Of a DNA stretch of 248,000 bases, positions 155,342 to 165,918 are shown in pieces. The stretch is from positions 764,001 to 1,012,000 of the forward strand of contig NZ_JMCB01000006.1 in NCBI RefSeq assembly GCF_000737315.1. Reading direction: 5' to 3'. The notes beneath the pieces are model-generated. The model was not told where the DNA came from, did not search any database, and saw only the letters and a list, made by a program, of their open reading frames with translations. Positions within the stretch are counted from its first letter, which is position 1. Each line of letters begins with the position of its first letter. Source of the stretch: Hyalangium minutum (lineage in GTDB: Bacteria; Myxococcota; Myxococcia; Myxococcales; Myxococcaceae). The position numbers were made by a program, and so were the translations under genes.

Positions 155342-157108
155342 TTACGTCCGCTGCGGGAGCAGGCGGGTGACGCGCGCCAGCAGCGTATGGATGGAGAAGG
155401 GCTTGGCCACGAAGTCCACGGCGCCTTCGTTGTACAGCTTCATCACGTCCTCATCGCGGATGCGCGCGGAGAGGACGAGGGCCCGCACGGGCGAGGAGGC
155501 CTCGCGCAGCGCCTTGAGCACCTCGATGCCCGAGCGCCGCGGCATGTGCACGTCCAGCAGCAGCAGGTCCACGGGCGTGAGCGCGGGGTTGAGCAGCCGG
155601 GACAGGGCCTCCTCACCGTCGGTGACGGTCTCCACCACGTAGCCCTCGGCCTCGAGCAGCCGCTGGAGCACCCGGCGCAGCGCGGGCTCATCGTCGGCCA
155701 CGAGGATGCGGTGCGAGCGGGTCTGAGCGCCCTCCACCGTCGGACGCGAACCTGTGATGGGGCGAGCCGGGGCCGCGGCAGCCTCGCCCGGGGGCGTGGG
155801 GGAGCGGACTGGCGGCGTAAGGGGCCCGGTGGAAGGCTGCGTGGGGCGCGGGGTGGAGGGGGTGGTGGAGAGGGGATCCTTGGTGGGAATCGGGGGCCGG
155901 GTGAGCTGTGTGGCGGGGAGGACCGGGCGCGAAGGCGTGGCCGCGCCGGGCAGCCGCGGGGTGGGCGTGTTCTCCAGGCGCGAGCCACCGGTGGTGGGGC
156001 GCTCCACGCGCGGGGCCTGGGCGTTGGGGTCGCTGGCGGCACGCTGCAGGGTGCGGCGCTGCAGGTGGGCCATGAGGCGCAGGCGCAGCTCGGCGGGCTC
156101 CACGGGCTTGATGAGGTAGTCATCCACGCCGAGCTGGAAGGCGCGCACGCGGTCTCCCGAGGAGTCCCGGGCGGAGTGGAAGACGACGATGAGGCTGCGC
156201 CACGCGGGGTCCGCGCGCAGCTGGGTGAGCAGCTCGAAGCCATCCACCGAGGACATGGCCACATCCAGCAGGAGCAGGTCCGGGTGGTGGCGCTGGAGGC
156301 TGGAGAAGAGGTTGCGCGCGTCGTTGAGCGTCACCACCTCCATGCTGGCGGCCTCGAGCACGGCGCGGGCCGCGGCGAGCACGGTCGAGTCCTCATCCAC
156401 GGCGAGCACGCGGTAGCGCGCGGGGCTGGCGCGCTGGATGGAGACGATGTCGCGGGCCAGCGCCGGGGGCGGCGTGGCGATGGACATGACTGCGTCAATG
156501 CCCTCGCGAGGCACGGAGCGGACGTCCGCGGCGGGCGCGAGCAGGACGACGGGCGGAGGGGTGTTCAGCGAGCGCAGGGCGGCGCGCAGCGAGGTGGGGA
156601 CGGCGGGGCCCACCACGACGCGCTCCACGGGGCGCTCGGAGGTGAGGATGCGCACCGACTCTTCTTCGGAGGCGGCGGCCACGGCGTCCATGCCGAGCGT
156701 CTCGAGGTGCAGGGCGAGCTCGCTGGCCAGGTGCGCGTCCGCCAGGCGCACCAGCACGCGAGGCCGGTGGGGCACCAGCGGGAGGGTGCTGGGCGGATGG
156801 GAGAAGGCCTCCTGAAGGGACTGGAGGAGGCCGGGAATCCGGGGAGAGAAGGCCGTGTCGCCGCCCTCGGCGAGCTTCTCGAGCTCGGCGCAGAGCCGGG
156901 CCACCTCGGTGAAGCCGAGCGTGCTGGCGCTGCCTCGGGTGGAGTGCGCGGTCTGGGCGAACTGGGAGGCGGCACCGGGAGTGCCGGCCTTCCACGCGTC
157001 GGCATGGCGGCGCAACTGCGCCACGCGTTCGGACGCGCTGGTACGAAAGCCATCGCGGACCGTCGCGAGGGCCTGCGCCATCTCTTCTGCGACACCACGC
157101 TCGGCCAT
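155342..157108 (-). CDS. Hpt plus multiple REC domain protein
   Basis: AHSTRGSA, LLDVAM, Pro-rich linker, LLDVHMP. Confidence 0.85.
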   Translation of the reverse strand: MAERGVAEEMAQALATVRDGFRTSASERVAQLRRHADAWKAGTPGAASQFAQTAHSTRGSASTLGFTEVARLCAELEKLAEGGDTAFSPRIPGLLQSLQEAFSHPPSTLPLVPHRPRVLVRLADAHLASELALHLETLGMDAVAAASEEESVRILTSERPVERVVVGPAVPTSLRAALRSLNTPPPVVLLAPAADVRSVPREGIDAVMSIATPPPALARDIVSIQRASPARYRVLAVDEDSTVLAAARAVLEAASMEVVTLNDARNLFSSLQRHHPDLLLLDVAMSSVDGFELLTQLRADPAWRSLIVVFHSARDSSGDRVRAFQLGVDDYLIKPVEPAELRLRLMAHLQRRTLQRAASDPNAQAPRVERPTTGGSRLENTPTPRLPGAATPSRPVLPATQLTRPPIPTKDPLSTTPSTPRPTQPSTGPLTPPVRSPTPPGEAAAAPARPITGSRPTVEGAQTRSHRILVADDEPALRRVLQRLLEAEGYVVETVTDGEEALSRLLNPALTPVDLLLLDVHMPRRSGIEVLKALREASSPVRALVLSARIRDEDVMKLYNEGAVDFVAKPFSIHTLLARVTRLLPQRT

Positions 157109-157349
157109 GAGGATCTTCTGATTTAACACGAAGGCCGCGCGCTGTCCGTCCCTCATGGAGGGGGCGAGGTGGGAGACGCCTGGTCGCTCGGTGTGAGCTG
157201 GGAAGACGCGCTCTCCGTGCACCTACACTCGGAAGAACCGGGAGCACGGCTTGGTCTGAGAATGGCTGGCTCTGCCCGAGGCAGCGCGGATTGTAAGGAG
157301 TGTGGATCCATGCCTGGGCCTACGTGACTTCCACTACGCTGGTGCGGCA

Positions 157350-158456
157350 ATGACAGTGACGCGGTTGGAGATAGCGGGGTACCGCTCGGTGAGGCGGCTG
157401 GTGTTGCCTGTGCACCCGGTGACAGTGGTGGTGGGGCCGAACGGAAGCGGGAAGACGAACTTGTACCGGGCGCTGTACCTGCTGCAGGCGGCGGCGGAGG
157501 GCCGGCTGGCGCGGACGTTGGCGGAGGAGGGTGGGACTCCGAGTGTGGTGTGGGCGGGGCCGCGTGAGGCGAAGAAGCCGGTGCGGCTGACGGTGGGAGT
157601 GACGCTGGAGGACGAGCTGGCCTACGAGCTGAGCTGCGGAATCATCCCGCCGGATCCGTCGCAGGCGTCGCTGTTCTCGTTGGATCCGGAGGTGAAGGAG
157701 GAGCACCTGTGGGCGCTGTCGGGGGGACGGCGCGCGGTGCTGATGGAGCGCAAGGACCGCACGGCGTTCCTGAGGGACTCGGAGGGGCAGCGGGTGACGT
157801 TTCCGACGCAGCTGTGGGAAGCGGAGTCGGTGTTGGATCAGCTGGCCGAGCCGCAGCGGTTCCCCCGGTTGGCGGAGGTGCAGCGGACGTTGAAGTCGTG
157901 GCGCTTCTTCCACCAGTTCCGGACAGACCTGGAGGCACCGGCGCGGCAGCCGCAGATTGGGGTGAGGACGACGGCGCTGGCGCATGACGGGAGAGACCTG
158001 GCGGCGGCGCTGAGGACGATCCAGGAGATTGGGGATGTGCGGGGGTTGGCGAAGGCGCTGGACGACGCGTTCCCGGGAGCGCGCCTGGAGATCGAGGCAC
158101 CGCAGGGGCGCTTCAGCCTGTTGCTGCGGATGCCGGGGCTGAACCGGCCGATGACGGCGGGCGAGCTGTCGGACGGGACGCTGCGCTATCTCTGTCTGTT
158201 GGCGGCGCTGATGAGCCCGAGGCCACCGCCGTTCGTGGCGTTGAACGAGCCGGAGACGAGCCTGCACCCGGACCTACTGGGGCCACTGGCGAGGCTCATC
158301 GTGGACGCGTCGAAGCACAGCCAGATCTGGGTGACGACGCACGCGGACGTGCTGGCGGAGGCCATCTCGCGGAAGACGGGCTACGAGCCGGTGCGGCTGG
158401 TGAAGAACGCGGGAGCCACGGAGGTGGCGGACACGGCGGCGCGAGAAGAAGAGTGA
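157350..158456 (+). CDS. ABC/SMC-type AAA ATPase
   Basis: GPNGSGKTN, LSDGT, NEPETSLHP, VTTH. Confidence 0.85.
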   Translation: MTVTRLEIAGYRSVRRLVLPVHPVTVVVGPNGSGKTNLYRALYLLQAAAEGRLARTLAEEGGTPSVVWAGPREAKKPVRLTVGVTLEDELAYELSCGIIPPDPSQASLFSLDPEVKEEHLWALSGGRRAVLMERKDRTAFLRDSEGQRVTFPTQLWEAESVLDQLAEPQRFPRLAEVQRTLKSWRFFHQFRTDLEAPARQPQIGVRTTALAHDGRDLAAALRTIQEIGDVRGLAKALDDAFPGARLEIEAPQGRFSLLLRMPGLNRPMTAGELSDGTLRYLCLLAALMSPRPPPFVALNEPETSLHPDLLGPLARLIVDASKHSQIWVTTHADVLAEAISRKTGYEPVRLVKNAGATEVADTAAREEE

Positions 158457-158510
158457 CGCCGCCGTTGTCCCAGGGCTCGGAAGTGGCCCGAGCCCTGGTT
158501 CTTCCACGGG

Positions 158511-160565
158511 CTACTGCTTGGCCTTGGCGATGGTCTCCTTGGCCTCCTTCACCACGTTGTCCACGGTGAAGCCGAACTTCTGCAGCAGGGCCTTGAGCGG
158601 TGCGGAGGCTCCGAAGGAGCGCATGCCCACCACGGAGCCGCGCAGCCCCACCCAGCGCTCCCAGCCGAACACCTCTGCCTGCTCCACCGCCACTCGCGCG
158701 CGCACGGCGTCCGGCAGCACGGACTGCTTGTAGGCCTCGTCCTGCTGATCGAAGAGCTCCCACGAGGGCATGCTCACCACCCGCGCCTTCACGCCCTCGG
158801 CCTTGAGCTTCGCGGAGGCCTCCAGGCACAGATGCACCTCGCTGCCCGTGCCGATGAGGATGACATCGGGTGTGCCCTCGGAGTCCGAGAGCACATAAGC
158901 GCCCTTGGCCACTCCCGAGGCCGGTGCGTACTTCGTCCGGTCCAGCGTGGGCACGGCCTGCCGCGTGAGCACCAGCGCCACCGGGTGGCTCTTCTGCTGG
159001 GCGATGATGCGCCAGGCCTCCGTCACCTCGTTGGCGTCCGCGGGCCGCAGGACGATGAGGCCCGGGATGGCGCGCAGGCTGGGGAGCTGCTCCACCGGCT
159101 GGTGCGTGGGTCCGTCCTCGCCCAGGCCGATCGAGTCATGCGTGAAGATGTGGATGGCTGGCACCTCCATGATGGCGGAGAGCCGGATGGCCGGGCGCTG
159201 GTAGTCGCTGAAGATGAGGAACGTGGCCCCGTACGCGCGCAGCTTGCTCAGCGCCAGGCCGTTCACGATGGAGCCCATCACGTGCTCGCGCACCCCGAAG
159301 TGGATGTTGCGCCCGCTGGGGTCCCCCGGCTTCATCGGCCCCGAGAAGCCCAGGTACGTCTTCGTGGACGGGTTCAGGTCCGCCGAGCCCCCCAGAACCC
159401 ACGGGTGGTGCTTCGCCAGCGCGTTGAGCACCTTGCCGCTCGACTCGCGCGTGGCCACGCCCTTCGCATCCGCCGCGAAGGTGGGCAGCTCCTTGTCCCA
159501 GCCCTCGGGCAGCTCCCGCCGCTGCATGCGCTCGAGCTGATCCGCCAGGTCCGGATGTTGCTTCTTGTACTCGGCGAACGTCTTCTCCCACTCCGTGCGA
159601 AGCTGCTTGCCCCGGGCGCCCAGCCGCTCCTGGAAGCGCTCGCGCACGCCGTCGGGCACGAGGAACTGCGCGTCCTCGGGCCAGCCGTAGTTCTTCTTGG
159701 CGGCCTTGATTTCCTCGGCGCCCAGCGGCTCGCCGTGCGCCGCCGCGGTGCCCTGCTTCTTGGGCGAGCCGTAGCCAATCTGGCTCTTGACGATGATGAG
159801 CGTGGGCTTGCCGCGCTGCTCCTTGAAGGTGCGGTACGCCTTCGAGAGCGCCGCCAAATCGTTCGCGTCGTCCACGTGCAGCACGCGCCAGCCGTAGGCC
159901 TCGAAGCGCTTGCCCACGTCCTCGGTGAAGGCCAGGTCCGTGCTGCCATCAATGGAGATGCGGTTCGAGTCGTAGATCCAACACAGGTTGGGCAGCTGCA
160001 GGTGCCCGGCGATGGAGGCCGCCTCGCTGGCCACGCCCTCCATCAAGTCACCGTCGCCGCACACGGCCCACACGTCATAGTCGAACAGCGTGAAGCCCGG
160101 CCGGTTGTACGTGGCGCCCAGCCACCGCGAGGCAATGGCCATGCCCACGCTGTTGGAGACGCCCTGGCCCAGCGGACCGGTGGTGGTCTCCACGCCGCTG
160201 GTCCACCGGTACTCGGGGTGGCCCGGAGTGACGCTGTCCAGCTGGCGGAACTTCTGGAGGTCCTCCATGGAGATGGTGGGCACCTCCTCCACGCGGTAGT
160301 CGCGCGTCACCCGGCGAACACCCGACAGGTGCAACAGCCCGTACAGCAGCATGGAGGCGTGGCCGTTGGAGAGGATGAAGCGGTCCCGGTTGGGCCAGAT
160401 GGGACCGGACGGGTCGTAGCGCAGCTCTTGCTGCCACAGCTGATAGGCCACCGGGGCCAGCGCCATGGGTGCGCCTGGGTGCCCCGAGTGAGCTTTCTCC
160501 ACCGCATCCATGGCCAGGGTGCGGAGCGTATTGATGCACTGCAGATCCAGCGTGTCGGTCGTCAT
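158511..160565 (-). CDS. tkt: Transketolase
   Basis: SGHPG, GDGDLMEG, THDSIGLGEDGPTHQ. Confidence 0.96.
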   Translation of the reverse strand: MTTDTLDLQCINTLRTLAMDAVEKAHSGHPGAPMALAPVAYQLWQQELRYDPSGPIWPNRDRFILSNGHASMLLYGLLHLSGVRRVTRDYRVEEVPTISMEDLQKFRQLDSVTPGHPEYRWTSGVETTTGPLGQGVSNSVGMAIASRWLGATYNRPGFTLFDYDVWAVCGDGDLMEGVASEAASIAGHLQLPNLCWIYDSNRISIDGSTDLAFTEDVGKRFEAYGWRVLHVDDANDLAALSKAYRTFKEQRGKPTLIIVKSQIGYGSPKKQGTAAAHGEPLGAEEIKAAKKNYGWPEDAQFLVPDGVRERFQERLGARGKQLRTEWEKTFAEYKKQHPDLADQLERMQRRELPEGWDKELPTFAADAKGVATRESSGKVLNALAKHHPWVLGGSADLNPSTKTYLGFSGPMKPGDPSGRNIHFGVREHVMGSIVNGLALSKLRAYGATFLIFSDYQRPAIRLSAIMEVPAIHIFTHDSIGLGEDGPTHQPVEQLPSLRAIPGLIVLRPADANEVTEAWRIIAQQKSHPVALVLTRQAVPTLDRTKYAPASGVAKGAYVLSDSEGTPDVILIGTGSEVHLCLEASAKLKAEGVKARVVSMPSWELFDQQDEAYKQSVLPDAVRARVAVEQAEVFGWERWVGLRGSVVGMRSFGASAPLKALLQKFGFTVDNVVKEAKETIAKAKQ

Positions 160566-160780
160566 GGGTGGGAGGTCCTCTTCTGACTCCTGCGTGGGGC
160601 GCACCATGCCGCAAGAGCGGGCCGGGCGCCGCACCAAACGCGCGGAACGTGCGAGGTGGGACGAATGTCAGACCCGGGCTGTACACTGCCGTAACTGAAA
160701 TAGAGCCAAGGCGGGTTCGTATTCAGGAAGCGGCTGGCTTGCCCGTCTGGGGCCGGCGCTTACGTTCAGGGGAAGCAGTC

Positions 160781-160975
160781 ATGGGTCATGTGTTCGTTCC
160801 GGTGGCGCTGGCGTTGTGGGTGGCGGTGGCGGTGGTGCGCGCATGGGCGACACCCTCCCAGGCTCCAGCTTCCGTTCCGGCAGTAGAAGTGGAGGCTCAT
160901 CAGCCTCGCCCGTCGCAGTCCGACAGTGCGTCCGTGTCGGAGGCGGAGCGGGTGAAGGCGCACGGCGAGGGCTGA
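160781..160975 (+). CDS. Small exported peptide
   Basis: RBS, hydrophobic N-terminus, 64 aa. Confidence 0.45.
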   Translation: MGHVFVPVALALWVAVAVVRAWATPSQAPASVPAVEVEAHQPRPSQSDSASVSEAERVKAHGEG

Positions 160976-161120
160976 GGCCCCGCACGCAGAGGCAGTGTCA
161001 GAGCAGACCGCGAGAGTTCGGGCCACGAGGCAGGTGCCTCGGGGGCGCACCGGAGGTGTCTGCTCATTTCAGCAACAGGGAGGGCATCCGTCCTGTCTGA
161101 CGGGTGGATTCACAGGGGGG

Positions 161121-161234
161121 ATGGCCATGGTTCAACTGTTCATTCCAGCAGTGTTGGTGCTCTGGGTGGCGTGGGCGGTTCCGCGCACCCGGCGTCGCAA
161201 CCGGCGGTTCAAGCTGAGCGCCCGGGCCCGCTAA
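161121..161234 (+). CDS. Small single-TM peptide with basic tail
   Basis: GGGGGG RBS, followed by terminator. Confidence 0.45.
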   Translation: MAMVQLFIPAVLVLWVAWAVPRTRRRNRRFKLSARAR

Positions 161235-161259
161235 GGCCGAGGCAGCTCCTACGCAACTG

Positions 161260-161291
161260 GGCCCTGGGGGAAACCCCAGGGCTCTTTTTTT
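161260..161291 (+). terminator. Intrinsic terminator
   Basis: GCCCTGGGG-GAAA-CCCCAGGGC then T-run. Confidence 0.85.
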
Positions 161292-161349
161292 ACCAGGAGA
161301 TCAAGGGAGACTCACAGGGGCGGCTTGTCGGGTGTATATGTCCCGCCAC

Positions 161350-161922
161350 ATGTCCTTTGAGAAAGCCCTTCGAGAGATGATTCGCCGCGAGCTGAGCAGC
161401 CAGCTCGGGCCGCTGCAGAAGTCCGTGCTCCAGCTGGAGCGCGGGCTGTCGTCGCTGCAGACCTTGCGCGAGGTGACGGCGCAGCTGGCCCCGCTGCTCG
161501 GGGAGAGAGGCCGCCAGGTGGCGCTCCGGCACGTCCAGGCACAGGCCCCTGTTCCGCGCACCCCGCCCGCGGCCCGGGCTCCGGCGGCCGCTGCCCCCCG
161601 GGCCAAGGCCGCTCCTGCTGCCCCCGCTGCTTCCTCCGCGGAGCGGCTCTGCGCGGTGAAGGGCTGCAAGCGGCCGAGCCGTTCCAAGGGCTACTGCTCG
161701 GCGCACTACCAGAAGCTGCGCCTGCTGATCCGCACGAACCGCCGCCCGGCTGACTGGGTGGATGATGCGTCGCCGCAGTCCGCACTGGAGGTGAAGCTGC
161801 CTCGAGGCCGCGCCGGCGCGAAGGAGCTGAAGGAGGCCGCGCCCGCCACGCCGCGTGAGCCGCCCAAGCCCAAGGCCTGGGTGCGCAAGAAGGGCAACGC
161901 GGGCATGGTCTCCCTGCACTGA
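161350..161922 (+). CDS. Paralog of 97497 with C-x4-C..C-x2-H finger
   Basis: FEKALREMIRREL, CAVKGC..KGYCSAHYQK. Confidence 0.75.
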   Translation: MSFEKALREMIRRELSSQLGPLQKSVLQLERGLSSLQTLREVTAQLAPLLGERGRQVALRHVQAQAPVPRTPPAARAPAAAAPRAKAAPAAPAASSAERLCAVKGCKRPSRSKGYCSAHYQKLRLLIRTNRRPADWVDDASPQSALEVKLPRGRAGAKELKEAAPATPREPPKPKAWVRKKGNAGMVSLH

Positions 161923-161999
161923 GCGCGTGCCGGGGCCTCCCCGACATGACAGGTCACACGGCCGTTGACAGACCTGCCGGGGGATGGGATTCGGACGCC

Positions 162000-162518
162000 A
162001 TGAGCGAGTATCCGGTCTACGTGGCGGTGCGGCGCCCCGATGGGCGCGTGGAGCAGGTGCGTGTGGGAACCGCCGTCCAGCAGGACGACGGCTTCCAGCT
162101 GCGCATGGGCGAGCTCTTCATCGGTGGCACTCCGGACGCGGCCTCGGCGCCCGCCTCGGCGCCCCGGCGGTCCATGGGCGGTGGAGCCTCTGGCGGTGGA
162201 GCCTCTGGCGGTGGCGGGGGTGGAGATGGGGGCACGTTCCCCAACTACGGCCGCAGCAAGGGGGGCCCCATCCGCGGTGCCACCATGCAGGACCTGGAGT
162301 ACTACGCCAACGGCGCCCGGCGCTCGCTGGCGGACCCCAGCAAGTCGCGCTGGCATGACAAGGAGCGCGCGCTCCTGGCCTCCATCGAGGCGGAGATCGC
162401 CCGCCAGCGCGGGGGTGGCGGTGGCGGGGGTGGGGACGAGTACCCGAGCGGTGGCTCGTCGCCGGGGATGGGTGACAACGAGCCGCCTCCGCACACGGAC
162501 GACGACATTCCCTTCTAG
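162000..162518 (+). CDS. Protein with SSB-type acidic tail DDDIPF
   Basis: Beta-rich N-domain, FPNYGRSKG domain, HTDDDIPF end. Confidence 0.7.
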   Translation: MSEYPVYVAVRRPDGRVEQVRVGTAVQQDDGFQLRMGELFIGGTPDAASAPASAPRRSMGGGASGGGASGGGGGGDGGTFPNYGRSKGGPIRGATMQDLEYYANGARRSLADPSKSRWHDKERALLASIEAEIARQRGGGGGGGGDEYPSGGSSPGMGDNEPPPHTDDDIPF

Positions 162519-164212
162519 TCGCAGGGCAGCCGCACGGTGAAGGTGGTGCCCAGGCCCGGGGCGCTCTCCACTGCCACGTCGCCCGAGTGGCTCTCGATGA
162601 TGCGCCGGACGATGGGCAGCCCCAGCCCGGTGCCCTGGGCCCGCGTGGTGAAGAACGGCTCGAAGATGCGCTGCTGAGTCTCCGGCGTCATGCCCACGCC
162701 GGTGTCGGAGATGGACAGCCTCAGGCGCGAGGCGCCCGCTCCCTGCTCGTGCTCGATGCGAATCTGGAGGTCGCCTCCCACGGGCATGGCCTGCAGGGCA
162801 TTGGTGAAGAGGTTGGACAGGGCCATGTGCAGCTGCTGCGCGTCCACCAGCGCTGGCGGCAGGCCCGGTGCCACCTGGCGCCGCACGGTGATGGGCACGC
162901 CGGTGTTCTGGGAGCGCAGCGCCGCGGAGAGTGCCTCTTCCACCAGGGGCTGGAGCGGCTCGGGGCGAGGTTGAGGCTGCGCGGGCCGGGCGAAGTCCAG
163001 CAGCCCGTGGATGAGCGCGTCCAGCCGCTGAACCTCCTCGCTCATGATGCCGAGCAGCTCCTGCTCCGGCGGGCTCGAGCGTTGGCTGGGCAGGCGGCGC
163101 AGGGTGGAGACGCAGTTGGCGATGGCGCCCAGGGGGTTGCGCACCTCGTGGGCCATGGTGGCGGCCAGCTCGCCCAGTGCCGCCATCCGCTCGCGCGCCA
163201 CCAGCTCCGACTGTGTCTTGGCGAGGATGTCCAACGACTGACGCAGCTCCTGGTTGAGCGCGGACACCTTGAGCTGGGCGCGGCGCCGCTCGCCGAGCGC
163301 GGCGGCCAGCAGCATGCCGGAGATGCTGATGGCTCCGAGGAACGACTGGAGCAGGAAGAGGCTCGGGGTGCCGTTCTCCGGATCCTCGGAGGAGGACGCG
163401 CGCACGCTCGGGGGCACGCCGGGCTCCGGCCGGGCGAAGGGGCCCAGGTCGCGGTCGGTGTGCCAGATGGCGACGGCCGAGAGGATCAGGGTGGCGGCGG
163501 TGGTGCCGTGGCCCTCGAAGCGCAGGGCGGCCCAGAGGATGAAGGGAAAGGCCAGGTAGATGAGGGGGTGAAAGGTCCACTGCTCCGAGAGCTTCACGCT
163601 GAAGATGGCGTCGGAGGCCAGGCCCAGCACCAGCACGAGCGCCCCCAGCTCCCACCGGCGCCGCGAGGGCCAGTCCTTGCAGTCCTGCAGCCAGATGAGC
163701 AGCAGCGGCGTGAGCACGAGGATGCCCATGGCATCGCTCAGCCAGACCACCTCCCAGGTCCGTCCGTACTGCTCCCAGGCGTCCGGCTTGGCCAGCGAGC
163801 GGAGGCCCACGGCGAGCTGCGAGGTCAGCAGAGCGCTCACCCCGGCGGCCAGCGTCACCAGCCCGATGACGTCGCGCACCCGGTGCAGATCGGTGCGGTG
163901 CCCCACGAAGCGCCGCATGAGAAAAGCGCCCAACACCCCCTCGAGTGCACCACAGGTGGAGCTCAGGAGGGTGAGCCACCAGGGCTGGTTCGGGTGGGGC
164001 GAAAGGGTCCCCAGCGCGATGGCCGCGAGGGCCACCACGGGCCAGTGACGGAGGCGGGTGACCAGCAGCGCCGCGAGCACGAGGCCACTGGGAAACCACA
164101 CGGGGGCGGCATGCACGGAGGGAAAGCACAGCTTGCGCCCTATCCACACCAGAGCCGGATACAGCAGGGCGAAGACCGCCAGGCGCGCCAGCGGGTGCCA
164201 GCGCCTCACCAT
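162515..164212 (-). CDS. MASE1-domain histidine kinase
   Basis: WFPSG, AHEVRNPL, GTGLGL. Confidence 0.9.
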   Translation of the reverse strand: MVRRWHPLARLAVFALLYPALVWIGRKLCFPSVHAAPVWFPSGLVLAALLVTRLRHWPVVALAAIALGTLSPHPNQPWWLTLLSSTCGALEGVLGAFLMRRFVGHRTDLHRVRDVIGLVTLAAGVSALLTSQLAVGLRSLAKPDAWEQYGRTWEVVWLSDAMGILVLTPLLLIWLQDCKDWPSRRRWELGALVLVLGLASDAIFSVKLSEQWTFHPLIYLAFPFILWAALRFEGHGTTAATLILSAVAIWHTDRDLGPFARPEPGVPPSVRASSSEDPENGTPSLFLLQSFLGAISISGMLLAAALGERRRAQLKVSALNQELRQSLDILAKTQSELVARERMAALGELAATMAHEVRNPLGAIANCVSTLRRLPSQRSSPPEQELLGIMSEEVQRLDALIHGLLDFARPAQPQPRPEPLQPLVEEALSAALRSQNTGVPITVRRQVAPGLPPALVDAQQLHMALSNLFTNALQAMPVGGDLQIRIEHEQGAGASRLRLSISDTGVGMTPETQQRIFEPFFTTRAQGTGLGLPIVRRIIESHSGDVAVESAPGLGTTFTVRLPCD

Positions 164213-164334
164213 GAACTCAGTCTGCAAGGCGGGCCCCCCCCGGGCCGTGGCTACACTCTGAGTGTGGCACGGGGCTGCTTCACACGGGAAGTGGCCGAGG
164301 CAGGCGCTCGCGGTGGATGGTAAGACTGCGACCC

Positions 164335-165918
164335 ATGTCCTCGCCGCATTCACCGGGAGTGTTGAATTCTCCAGAAGGAAAGTCCCCAGATTCCGGGGGG
164401 TTGAGCGCTCCTCGAAGGACTGCGCTGCGGTGGGCCGTGAACGCGGCCGTGGCGCTGGTGGGAGCGCTGGTGGCGCTGCGGGCGGGCCGGTGGGTGGGCG
164501 CGCTGGGCACCAACACGGTGCTGGCCGCGCTGCCGGTGTTGCTCCTCGTGGTGGGGGTGCCTCCGCTCTCCGTGGTGGGTGCGGAGGCCTGGGTGGGCCC
164601 GCGCCTGGAGCCGGGGAGGCCGCGCTGGGGACGGGCGGTGGGAGCGGCCATCGCCGCCCAGGTGCTGATGCTGGTGGGCGCGGTGTGGGCGGGCGCCTCG
164701 GCGCGGAGGCTCGGGGACGTGGCGCTGCTGGCGTTGGTGGAGGCGGTGGTGCTGGCCACGGTGGTGACGAAGGTGGCCCGGCCGGCCGCGCTGGTGCTGC
164801 TCATGGCGCTCGTCTCGGTGCCGAGGCTGGCCGGGGCGGCGTGTCCGGAGCGCGCGGAGTGGCCCACGAAGGAGTGGTCCACCGGGACGCTGCCCGCCGG
164901 GCGCGAAGAGGCGCTCAAGGCCTTCGAGGACTACGCCTTCACGCTGGAGGGCCAGGACGAGGAGCGCAAGGGGGTGCGCACGGACGGGGTGGTGCTCATC
165001 CACCACGGGCGCCTGGTGTACGAGCGCTATGCGCGCGGCTTCAAGCCGGAGCAGCGGCACTTGGGCTGGTCCATGTCCAAGAGCGTGACGAACGCGTTCA
165101 CGGCGCTGGCGGTGGCCCACGGCGTGCTGACGCTGGACGACTCCATCTGCAAGCACGTGAAGGCGACGAACGAGGCCGCGTGCGCCATCACCGTGCGCCA
165201 CCTGCTCGAGTTCGGCTCGGGGCTGGATTGGAAGGAGGGCTACGAGAACGGCTCGCTGCAGACGTCCTCGGTGCTGGCGATGCTCTACGGCGAGGGGCGC
165301 CGGGACATGGTGGCCTTCATCACCGCGCACGCGCTGAGGGACAAGCCCGGCACGAGCTGGGAGTACTCCTCGGGAGACACCACACTGCTGGCCGGGGTGG
165401 TGGGCGCGGCGATGAAGCCCCGCTTCGGCGACGGGTGGGAGTGGAAGCTGCTGCTGGACAAGGTGGGCGTGCGCAGCGCGGTCTTCGAGCGCGATGGGAA
165501 GGGCGTGCTGGTGGGCTCCTCGCTGATGCACGCCACGCCGCGCGACTGGGCGAAGCTGGGCTTCTTCTTCCTCAATGATGGGTGCTGGGAGGGCGAGCGG
165601 CTGCTGCCCGAGGGGTGGATGGCCGCCTCGGTGGCTGTCTCCGAGCCCCTGAAGCAGAAGCGCGTGGACTGGGATCCGGGCGACGTGCAGGGCCGCCAGT
165701 TCTGGCTCAACCGCCGCGTGCCGGGCTTGCAGGACGAGAAGCCCTGGCCGGACGTCCCCGAGGAGGCCTTCGCCATGCGAGGCCACTGGAGCCAGTCCGT
165801 CACCCTCATCCCCTCGTTGGATCTGATCGTGGTGCGCATGGCGGATGACCGCAACCCAGGCTTCGACTTCAACACCTTCGTCAAGCGGGCCATCGCCCTG
165901 GTGGAGGGCACGCCATGA
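164335..165918 (+). CDS. Serine hydrolase (beta-lactamase family) with N-terminal TM region
   Basis: WSMSKS, YSSGDT, GHWSQ. Confidence 0.8.
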   Translation: MSSPHSPGVLNSPEGKSPDSGGLSAPRRTALRWAVNAAVALVGALVALRAGRWVGALGTNTVLAALPVLLLVVGVPPLSVVGAEAWVGPRLEPGRPRWGRAVGAAIAAQVLMLVGAVWAGASARRLGDVALLALVEAVVLATVVTKVARPAALVLLMALVSVPRLAGAACPERAEWPTKEWSTGTLPAGREEALKAFEDYAFTLEGQDEERKGVRTDGVVLIHHGRLVYERYARGFKPEQRHLGWSMSKSVTNAFTALAVAHGVLTLDDSICKHVKATNEAACAITVRHLLEFGSGLDWKEGYENGSLQTSSVLAMLYGEGRRDMVAFITAHALRDKPGTSWEYSSGDTTLLAGVVGAAMKPRFGDGWEWKLLLDKVGVRSAVFERDGKGVLVGSSLMHATPRDWAKLGFFFLNDGCWEGERLLPEGWMAASVAVSEPLKQKRVDWDPGDVQGRQFWLNRRVPGLQDEKPWPDVPEEAFAMRGHWSQSVTLIPSLDLIVVRMADDRNPGFDFNTFVKRAIALVEGTP

